A stretch of 20,000 nucleotides of DNA, taken from the NCBI GenBank assembly GCA_030167865.1, contig JALAGF010002905.1, positions 55,376 through 75,375 of the forward strand. Direction: 5' to 3'. The position numbers and the translations under genes are program-made. Below, in pieces: positions 11,457 to 20,000 of this stretch (position 1 is its first letter; each line of letters starts with the position of its first letter). This DNA comes from Craspedostauros australis (lineage: Eukaryota). The notes beneath the pieces are model-generated. The model did no database searches, was not told the DNA's origin, and saw nothing but the letters and a program-made list of their open reading frames with translations.

Positions 11457-13169
11457 ATGACTTCAAGAGGCAAGGCCGTGGGTGTGGACAGATCTCTGTT
11501 TCTGTCGACGTTGCAATTCCTGCAACGCACAAGCCACGCCGACCCACTCCCGGCGCAATGCAATCCGTCACTGCTCACTCAGCAGGAGGGCGAGGATCAC
11601 TCCAGCCATTCTCAGCTGTCCAACTGCTGTCTCTCCGTCGAACCAAAGGCATCCTTGATTGATGCAGCACCTGTGCCGGTGTCGACGGCGACTGCCAGAA
11701 CCGTTCCGAGTTCTACGCAACTTGGGCCGGCATACTTCTCGAGGGCTTCGACGACGGTATCCACGGAAAATGGCACAATTGATTCAGCGAGCATGCTCCC
11801 GCCACAGCAGCAGCGGCAGGATCAAGTGCAACAGCAGCAACATGGGCAGAGCCGACAAGGAGACGAGGCAACAGACCCAGCAATGATGATTGCTGACCTG
11901 ATCGTAAATATAGTCGAGGCTCCCTCCGTGACGTTGGCGGAAATGGAGACGCCGATGCAACACCATGCTGGAACAATCGATGCGCAAGCGTCTTCAAATG
12001 ATGGTGCCACGGCAGCGACGGCCAATCAACAGCATCCTGCCGGTGCATCCAGAGCAGCGGGCAGCGCACGCAATGGTCCGGTTCAAGTTCAGGATGCATC
12101 CGTCCATTTGAAGGTTGGCGGTGCGCTCCACTTGCTTGATATGGGGGCCATGGAGAGTTGTGAGGTCATCGATCCTGTTGTTCCTCAAAGCAAGTCGCCA
12201 GGTGTCGCGCCAAACAATCCTGCCACTGCAAACGCAATCTCGGTCCGAGGCACTCCAGCCAGCATTGTCCTATCCTTCGACTGTTGCAACTTGCGACTCT
12301 TCTTCCTACCCGAGACGCAGGAGGCAGACAAGCTTCACAAGGAGAAACTGATGTCCGTTGCGAGGCAGATCAACAAGATTAGAGCGGCTCAACTGCACGC
12401 TAGGGACAACACTCATTCTCAACTGGCATCTCCCAGCATCAACACCGAGCGGCTTGCCGCCATGGAGCATGGCCAAAGACTGTCAGCTCAGGATGGGATG
12501 AGACTTGGTGGCCAAACCCACAGCAGTATTGGCATCAAGTTTTCACACGGCAGTGGCGGGAGCAACAGCAATCCTGGCAGAAACAGAACACCAAAATCGG
12601 CAGCAGAGAGTGGGCACTTTTTTCACGACAAGACATCAAGAGGCACTGCGGACGCTGTTGACGCAGTACACGAAGCAGTTGCGACGAGGGCATCAAAGGT
12701 CACCAGTGATGCTCATGCACGCCTTCAATCATTAAAAACGATGCTGTGCATGAAACGACCAAGAACGCAAATCTCAACTGCATCGTCACCACAATCTCAA
12801 TCGCAAGTTTCCACCACATTCGACATATCCCCCATCCTCAACGGTGTTTGCCAAGACCTGTCATCCGCGTATTCGACGACCAGCGAGCTTTCCTCGCAGA
12901 TCGGGATCATCGAAAGGCAACGACAGAATCTGACCACGAACATCGAATCGATGGTGAATGGCTTCTTCCCAGCAACACGTCCTAAGAAGAAATCCCGCTC
13001 GTCGAGGCAGAACAGATCGTTGAGCCAACCTCCAACACCTTCGCCGTCACCCAAGTCCGCAATGGATCAGCTGGAGTGCAGACAGTCAATCGAAGATGCC
13101 ATGGCGAAGTACAGAGCAGCAATTCGAGATCAGTACTCCTTGTCCGCAACACCCACACGAGACAATTAA
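11457..13169 (+). CDS. Hypothetical protein, 570 aa, probably nuclear; no family recognised
   Basis: Uninterrupted 1.8-kb ORF with first ATG at 11457. Hydrophobic blocks alternate with Q/S/A-rich linkers, followed by a C-terminal heptad-like helix and basic clusters MKRPR and RPKKKSRSSR. Confidence 0.78.
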   Translation: MTSRGKAVGVDRSLFLSTLQFLQRTSHADPLPAQCNPSLLTQQEGEDHSSHSQLSNCCLSVEPKASLIDAAPVPVSTATARTVPSSTQLGPAYFSRASTTVSTENGTIDSASMLPPQQQRQDQVQQQQHGQSRQGDEATDPAMMIADLIVNIVEAPSVTLAEMETPMQHHAGTIDAQASSNDGATAATANQQHPAGASRAAGSARNGPVQVQDASVHLKVGGALHLLDMGAMESCEVIDPVVPQSKSPGVAPNNPATANAISVRGTPASIVLSFDCCNLRLFFLPETQEADKLHKEKLMSVARQINKIRAAQLHARDNTHSQLASPSINTERLAAMEHGQRLSAQDGMRLGGQTHSSIGIKFSHGSGGSNSNPGRNRTPKSAAESGHFFHDKTSRGTADAVDAVHEAVATRASKVTSDAHARLQSLKTMLCMKRPRTQISTASSPQSQSQVSTTFDISPILNGVCQDLSSAYSTTSELSSQIGIIERQRQNLTTNIESMVNGFFPATRPKKKSRSSRQNRSLSQPPTPSPSPKSAMDQLECRQSIEDAMAKYRAAIRDQYSLSATPTRDN

Positions 13170-13643
13170 CGTGCAATTAGGCACAAAAGCAAACGAATCC
13201 AGAGTTCCTTCTCACGATCGTCGGACAGCAGAGTCGCGCACCACACCACCCTGTCGCAGTGAGCACGCTCCTCAGAGTAATTGGTAATGAACAAAACATA
13301 GCGCCATGGAATAGAGTGGACGGTAGTCGGTACAGTAAGAGTAAGAGAAAGCTGTCTCTTCTGTAGGAAGACACTGCAGGAAGACACGACACAATTTGAC
13401 TTGTAATGCACTTTCCTATTATATCTTTATTATCATGTGTGCGCGATCGCCTGGGAGGACGAGGATCATACTTCTCCAGCTTAGCTCAGATTGGCCTTCC
13501 GAAAGCGGAGCAAAGTGCCAGGAAGAGAGATCGCGAGCCACGATGCATCGGCCCTTCCTTCCTGTCGACACTGCTACCACCGTCGTTTTCAGATCACCCC
13601 TGTTGTCTCCCATTCGCACAACGACGTTGCGAATGTGTTTGCC

Positions 13644-14099
13644 TTACTCCGAAGTGATCATGGAGTAGGCGAGAGCGCCGGTGGAATACAAGGAGATGAA
13701 CAGTCCCACGTACTTAATTGGGCCACCCTTCATGTGGCGAGCCGTCTTGACATCCAACTTCGTGTCGGTGTATCCCATCTGGTAGAGCTTGCCGCCGAGG
13801 AAGTAGAAGATGGTGCCGATGGCGCAGGCGTATGGATGCTTCAACCCTCCCAACAATGTCATGGCGACGTACTGGCTCAAACCTTCGAGGAAGTTCTGGT
13901 GAGATCGCTGGACGCGGTTGAATTCATCTGCCTTCTCGTGCACGCCTGGGACGGCGTAGAGGTTGGGGTATTGCACATTGAGGCGGGAGCGGGCTTGCAT
14001 GACAGGTCCCGCGAGCATGATGTTGGCAATGAGGGGGCCGATGCCAGCGCCGAGGACGACCCAGCCGTAGGCAGAAGGAATATCGAGAGTGAAAGTCAT
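13644..14099 (-). CDS. MGST3: MAPEG family protein, microsomal glutathione S-transferase 3-like, 151 aa
   Basis: MTFTLDIPSAYGWV...ARSRLNVQYPNLYA...FNRVQRSHQNFLE (MAPEG FN-x-x-QR-x-H-x-N-x-x-E signature)...GGLKHP...LYQMGY, with four hydrophobic segments. The likely ATG is at 14099. Confidence 0.93.
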   Translation of the reverse strand: MTFTLDIPSAYGWVVLGAGIGPLIANIMLAGPVMQARSRLNVQYPNLYAVPGVHEKADEFNRVQRSHQNFLEGLSQYVAMTLLGGLKHPYACAIGTIFYFLGGKLYQMGYTDTKLDVKTARHMKGGPIKYVGLFISLYSTGALAYSMITSE

Positions 14100-14981
14100 T
14101 TTGGTAGAATGGTTGTGGTGATTGTTTCGGATGGGGGGTAGCTCGTACGATGAGGGTATTTTGAGTATTATGATGCGAGGTTGGTTGCGAGAGGACGTAT
14201 GGTATCTGCGTTTGTGCTTTTGAGAGCATCTGTGGTCGTGATCGGCTGTGTGGACTGTGCCGCGCGAGGTGAATCTTTGGGGTTGCTGCGTCGCGTTGGC
14301 CAAACACGAACACGCAGACGCTCGAGGCAGTTGGATTTCCACAATTGTTCCAGACAGTTCTTTTGGTTGCTGGCAATTCTGCCGCAATGAACACAAAAGA
14401 AGTTTCGCGATGAAACCAAACAAAATGAAGAGTCAGGGCAAAATAGGTTATTATTTTCTTTTTGGATGAGGCGGAGCTGAAACACGTTTGTCAACAATGC
14501 CATCAACAACATCATTGCCTGCTTGTGGAACTCCACTGAACAGCGCTACTCGTCTGGTTCGAGGGACTGAGTGCATTCCACATCTAACGTTGTCGCAGCA
14601 TGCAACGTAGTCAGTCTCGTCCGGTTCGATTCAAGGATAATGAACGACGAAACAAGATCGTGTCGCTTCCACACGCGCATTCTCACCCAATCCCAGGAAG
14701 ATACGACCACAGAGATGCACCTCCTGCATGGGAGGGAGGCCAACCGAACGGATGCGGCATCGCTGACAAGCAGAGCAAGATGGGAGCCCATGTAGAGACC
14801 TCGTATCATACTCTTCTCTACAGAGCACTCATACATGCTTACATGCTTGCTGTCTTCCTCTCCATGAAACCACAAACCGCAAACAGCAGGCATCGCGTTC
14901 TGCTCTACACACACCAGCAGTCCGTGGCAGCATGCTGCATCTCAATGCGGTGGTGTCAACCGTCTCTCAAATCATTAGCGC

Positions 14982-15011
14982 AGAGAGACAGAGAGAGAGA
15001 CAGAGAGAGAG
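14982..15011. repeat. Imperfect (AG)n microsatellite
   Basis: agagagacagagagagagacagagagagag. Confidence 0.85.
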
Positions 15012-15178
15012 CGACGCTGTACTTCACATGAAGGCTGTGCGGGCACTCTTACTTGAATACTCTGATAATACTCTTATATGCATGCGTTATGAAATGATGG
15101 AATCGATCCTTTGGGAGTTGCGGAAGGCGGGGAGCGCCCTGCGACAATCCAGGCACGTTCCTGCTCGCGCTCCTACTC

Positions 15179-17311
15179 CTACTCATCAGCGCTGTCGCTG
15201 CTGCTCTCCATGGAGCTGAGGCGCTTCGATTCCTCGTACATGCGGACGGATTCCTCTCTCGCCTCAGTCCATTGCTCGATGCTCTCGTCCTCGCCGTCCA
15301 ACAACAGGAGCTCCCATCCCTCAAAGAAGCATGGGAGCAGGTAAAGGCGCGCCGGGATGCAAAGCAAGGTCATCAATGGGAAGATGATGGCGACCGCCTT
15401 CACGTTCTGCACCAGGAACACCAAAGCGAAGAAGCCGATCTGGAAGATTGTGTACATGTGGATGCGCCTCTTCTCCATGTGCTCGGTGTAGGAGTTCTTG
15501 GCGTACTTGGATGGCTGCTGGAAGAAGAGGAGGAAGCGATTCCAGAACTGGATGTTGGGCAAGCTGGAGAGACCCATGAAGAGGAACACTCCGTACAGCA
15601 CTGGAAGCGGGAGGAGCTTGAGGACGTTGAGGACCAGGAGAGACAGCCCGACCATGAGATGGGAGAAGAACATGGTGAGGCGGGTCTCCTGTACCTCGAG
15701 GAAGTTGCCGTCACGGTCCTTGTCGGCCAGGGCATTCAGGTGGATGATGCATGGAACGGTGGTGGCCACCAGCCATGGCAGTCCCAGCAGGCCGTTGACG
15801 AAGTTGAAGAATCCATTGAGGCACAGATCGTAGTTGTACGCTTCTCCGTGCTTCAAGTTGTGGCTCTTGTGGTTGATGAGATGCCACGTGATGCCGTTGT
15901 CAAGGTAGCAAAGCACGAAGGCAAGGATGGCAGGACCGGCCGCCATGATGGGAATCCAGTTCTTTCCATTGAGGTCGCCAAAGTCAACCAACCATGATCG
16001 TGTTCCAGCGGCCTCGGCCTGACCTTCGCAGTCATCCGGGAAGAAGGTGTTGCAGGAGGAATCGCAGCAAGCGAAAGTCGGTTCGATTTCATCTGGGACG
16101 CTGAGCGACTCGGTTTCGACGTGNTCGAAGATGAGCTCCCTGACGAGAGTCCACACGACGACCGACAGCGTGACGGAGAAATCATGGATGGACGTGCGGA
16201 TGCCGTCGTTGCAGAAGAATGGAGAATGACGGAATCCACGGAAGAAGAAGATCAAGGAGGTGGTTCCAAGTCCGAGGATCACGCTCAGGAATCCAGTGGA
16301 GATGTAGCTGTAGTCTGGATCCTCCTCCTCGAGCTCTGTGTGCGATTCGTGGTCAGGGTTCATGTAGTGGAGAATGCCGACGTCGCTGAATGGATCACCG
16401 ATGGCGTCCATCACGAAGATGCTGACGATGAGGAGGGCGAAGATTTCATCCGTGAAGCGGGTGGCCAATCGCACGTATCGGGTGAGGTCGAAGAAGCCGG
16501 CGATGAGGGTGTAGGCGAAGAGCCACACGCTGACCCATGCGTTGAAGGTGAGGAAGGGAACATCGAGGGACTTGGACATGTTGTAGATGACGGTGGAGAA
16601 TGCGAGGACCGGGCCGGTGGATCCGATGATGCAGGTGGGCATTCCGCCGATGAGACTGTAGACGACACCGACCCAGGCTGTGGCGATGATGGTCTCGATG
16701 GCGCCGATGTTGTTTTCGGTTGCCTTTCCGTAGACGGCTCCGAAGGTGAGAGTGGGAGCGATGACGGAGATGAAGACAAGGAAGGTGACAGCGATGGTCT
16801 TCTGGTTGAAGTTGGTCATTTCCTGTTGAATGCATGGTTAATGCATGGTTGGTAGATGGTCGGTCGGTTGGTGGTGGTTGCGGTGCAATGGGTATTTGGG
16901 TGGTGAGCGATGCAAGATGATGAAGACGAAGATGAAGGTGGTGGGAGTTGGTGAGTGAGGATGTGAACGAATGCATGGGGGGCGAGTGACAGCAGAGCCA
17001 TTGTATACATGCGATGTGCGATGTGAGATGTCCGATGTGCAACACGAGAGCACATATGAGACTAACATGTGTTTGTAATCGCACACTACTCTCTGGTACC
17101 AGTATGCATCAGGACGTACCTCCACCCAATGGGTTCCGACGGTGCGCTTGATGTCGTTGACGATACCACGTCCCCACATCTGCGGTTCATCCATCGTGAC
17201 CTTGCCTGCACCTTCGATGAGGTCGGCGTTGGAAGGGAGGCGCAGCATGTTGTCGACCTTCTTTGGTCCGTCACTGCCGTCGCCGTTGTTGTTTTTGATA
17301 TCCTTGCTCAT
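15179..17311 (-). CDS. SLC4: SLC4-family bicarbonate transporter, copy A, 611 aa; exons 17311-17120 and 16822-15179
   Basis: GRGIVNDIKR, PTLTFG, GGMPTCIIGSTGP, TRFTDEIFALLI, GLPWLVATTV, VQETRLT, PLPVLYGVFLFMGLSSL and IQFWNR are HCO3- cotransporter domain motifs. One N at 16124 leaves a GAN codon (Asp/Glu). Confidence 0.96.
16823..17119 (-). other. SLC4 copy A intron (297 nt, phase 0)
   Basis: Donor GAG|GTACGT at 17119, acceptor TTCAACAG ending 16823 with a TTAAC branch-point-like motif. Splicing joins THWVE|EMTNFNQK. Confidence 0.9.
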
Positions 17312-18515
17312 GTTGACTTGGCGGTGGTGTCTGTTTTTCTTTCGATGTGATTGTTGCTGCTGCTGCTGCTGTTGTTTGGTTTGGTTCGAAAACGAAATTG
17401 TGAGATCGATTGGGTCTCTTCGGAGTTTGGTCCCGCTGACCGTGCCGCTTGTATTAATACATACTGGGAATGCCGCCACTAATAATACAAGTACCAACCC
17501 GTGCTTGTGATCCCTGCCTGTTCATGAATTCATGATCCAGAACGGCTGATAGGATGATGATGATGATGACGACAGCACTGATGGCATGATGCGAGTACCG
17601 TCATCATCAGCATCGACGTGCGTATCTGTACCATCTCAAGTGCAACCACAATTCCAGGGAAACTTAATCCGCTTTGGCGACTGCAACAGGTATGGAGGAT
17701 GCGAATCCATGAAGATCAGCACGACAGTGCCTGTTTGCATACCAATGGGTAGATCGATATGGAGATCGTGACGTATGCAAGGATGCGGATGAGACAACCG
17801 GAAGACAATCAAGACACCCGAGATGAACGATGAGCACAGAATGCGGAATATTCGTGAATGAGGGCAGTGGAGACGAGATGAGAAAGGGATGAGGAAAGGA
17901 GAGGGAAGGAAAGAGGAGCAAGAAGAGTGGAGAGAAGCGAAGGGTGGAATGACACCAAACGAGTAAGTACCGGTACGGTACCATGCGGTAAGGCAAGTTG
18001 GGGCATTCTTCACATCTTTGGTTACCATGTCAGAGCATCAACCACCACCACGTTGCCATTGCGAGTAGGTACTCGCATGTGGTCTGTCTCCACATCGGCA
18101 CCAAGGGAGAGAAACAGCCCGAACAAGCCACACAACCTACATGAGCAGGTATCTTCCTTCGAAACAAACAATCCAGAAGCTGGAGGTCACAAGTTTGGAT
18201 TCAGTGATGAAGTGATGAAGCGACGGAGTGGCGAGGGAACAATCGAAATTCAATGCCACGTGTCCCAGAGTCTCCATGTCTGCATGGCAGTGCGAGACAG
18301 CGTTGACATCTTCAACATCCTCCGCAAGGTGGACCGGCTGAACAAATAGTCTCTTGTCCGGGATCTCTTTTTGTGGTCGCTCTTGAGATGTGATGGTGTG
18401 ATGGTGTGTTGGTATGTTGGTGTGTCGCGAGTGTGCTGTTCGCAGACACGACACGGAAGGTTCCTGTTGTTGGAGTTTCTGTTTCGGAAGTGAAAATGTG
18501 AGGAAGTGAGAGCGA

Positions 18516-18550
18516 TGACGCCACAGATGACGTCACGGATGGTGTGACGT
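18516..18550. promoter_or_regulatory. Cluster of CRE/CCRE-like bZIP sites
   Basis: TGACGC 18516-18521, palindromic TGACGTCA 18528-18535 and TGACGT 18545-18550. Confidence 0.55.
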
Positions 18551-18951
18551 GACCGAGGGAGGCTTCTCGTTCTTTCCGCTTCTCTTCTCACATTTCCTCT
18601 TCTGTTTCCATCGTCTGTTTGTGCTTTGCACTTTGCACCTCCGGCGATCATGTCAGGTGGGCTTTGTACCAGTAGTAGTATGATTGTGTACTATTCTATT
18701 GTATAATAGTATGGTATTATATTATATTTCTCTATTCGTGAGATATATTATCGTACCTCGTTCTCGTGCCATCGAGCGCAATCCATGAAGTCATCTCTTG
18801 TCTGTTTTGTGGAGGGGAAGATTTGGTCACCATCAGGTTCGGGCATGCCGAATCCACGACAACATCGAAGTGTTCAACACTGTGCCCCAACCAAAGACAT
18901 GCTACACACGTGTGGGGATGTTGGATCGTTCTTCATTCTATGTATTCACTA

Positions 18952-18954
<3 letters not shown>

Positions 18955-18983
<29 letters not shown>
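18955..18983. repeat. (CT)14 microsatellite
   Basis: Perfect CT dinucleotide run of 29 nt. Confidence 0.95.
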
Positions 18984-19153
18984 GAGTTTTATATATGTAC
19001 AGTCATAAGCATGTACGGTGTATCTTTCGTTCTTTCGCTCTTCACATTGATGTATGGTCTGCACGCATGCTGCTTGATGCCGGTGCGCGCAAGCTGGAAA
19101 ATTGATTGATGTCGATTGCGGACCGGAGTGTCCACGGCTTCGGCATAAAGAGC

Positions 19154-20000
19154 TTATGCGTGCTGCTCATCGACACCGTCACCGCTCGCGGAGTCGCTCT
19201 CCTCCATCATGCTCATTCTCTTGGACTCCTCGTACATGAACACGCTCTGTTCCTTGGCTTGCAGCCACTCTTCAATTGGCTCGTCCTCGCCGTCCAACAG
19301 CAGAAGCTCCCAGTCTTCGAAGAAGCGGGGCAGCACGAAGAGACGTCCTGGGATGCACAGCATCGTCATCATGGGAAACACGATGGCGACCGCCTTCACG
19401 TTCTGGACGGTGAAGACCAGCGAGAAGAAGAGGATCTGAAGGATGGTGTACATGTGGATGCGGCCCTTCTCCATGTGCTCGGTGTAGATCGTCTTGGGGT
19501 ACTTGGATGGTTGCTGGAAGAAGAGGAGGAAGCGGTTCCAGAATTGGATGCCATTGAGACTGGAGAGACCCATGAAGAGGAACACTCCGTACAGGACTGG
19601 AAGCGGAAGGAGCTTGAGGACGTTGAGCACCAGGATGGACAGACCGACCATCAAGTGGGAGAAGAAGAGAGTCAATCGGGTCTCCTGCACCTCGAGGAAG
19701 TTGCCGTCACGGTCCTTCTCGGCCAATGCGTTGAGATGGATGATGCATGGGACGGTGGTGGCGACCAACCATGGGAGACCGAAGGCACCGTTGACGAAGT
19801 TGAAGAATCCGTTGAGGCACAGATCGTAGTTGTACGCTTCGCCGTGCTTCAGGTTGTGACTCTTGTGCTGGATCAAGTGCCATGTGATGCCGTTGTCGAG
19901 GTAGCAAAGAAGGAAAGCGAGGATGGCAGGACCAGCAGCTGCGAAGATCACCCAAGTCTTTCCGTTCAAATCACCGAAGTCGACCAACCAGGATCGTGTT
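19154..20000 (-). CDS. SLC4: SLC4-family bicarbonate transporter, copy B (C-terminal part; 5' end lies outside the window)
   Basis: The frame is open to the window edge (TRSWLVDFGDLNGK...). It aligns without gaps to the C-terminal half of copy A at roughly 85% aa identity by manual count. Confidence 0.96.
   Translation of the reverse strand, partial: TRSWLVDFGDLNGKTWVIFAAAGPAILAFLLCYLDNGITWHLIQHKSHNLKHGEAYNYDLCLNGFFNFVNGAFGLPWLVATTVPCIIHLNALAEKDRDGNFLEVQETRLTLFFSHLMVGLSILVLNVLKLLPLPVLYGVFLFMGLSSLNGIQFWNRFLLFFQQPSKYPKTIYTEHMEKGRIHMYTILQILFFSLVFTVQNVKAVAIVFPMMTMLCIPGRLFVLPRFFEDWELLLLDGEDEPIEEWLQAKEQSVFMYEESKRMSMMEESDSASGDGVDEQHA

Noticed and set aside
15170..15184. GAG TAG GAG TAG tandem stops at the SLC4-A end as a readthrough signal
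   Set aside because: Explained by a 6-bp duplication; readthrough would add only two residues.
16124..16124. Ambiguous base N in SLC4-A
   Set aside because: Codon GAN is Asp or Glu either way. Likely a heterozygous or low-quality call, not a lesion.
15272..16855. Long plus-strand ORFs (241 and 244 aa) antisense to SLC4-A
   Set aside because: Expected shadow of strong C/G-ending codon bias; no recognisable domain.
18667..18757. Very AT-rich tract as a possible diatom centromere-like element
   Set aside because: Only about 90 nt, far shorter than the several-hundred-bp low-GC tracts reported to act as diatom centromeres. More likely a termination or nucleosome-free region.

Overview
Eukaryotic, intron-containing genomic DNA, most likely from a diatom or close ochrophyte. 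This is inferred from an ASAF-type bipartite plastid presequence and diatom-type SLC4 transporters lacking the large cytoplasmic N-domain. Eight protein-coding loci can be supported: Rab5 (-, 3 exons), a membrane-anchored Cys-rich Nudix hydrolase (+), a probably plastid-targeted GT25-like glycosyltransferase (+), CNOT4/NOT4 E3 ligase (-, 3 exons with a 9-nt first coding exon), an unrecognised 570-aa ORF (+), an MGST3-like MAPEG protein (-), and two tandem SLC4 bicarbonate-transporter paralogues (-; the second is cut by the window end). I see no RNA genes, CRISPR arrays or intact mobile elements. The most interesting unexplained signal lies between the SLC4 copies: three CRE/CCRE-type motifs within 35 bp, next to initiator-like motifs, about 1.2 kb upstream of the SLC4 start codon. 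It may be a CO2-responsive distal promoter driving a long leader or non-coding RNA. All splice junctions were read by hand and need RNA-seq confirmation.
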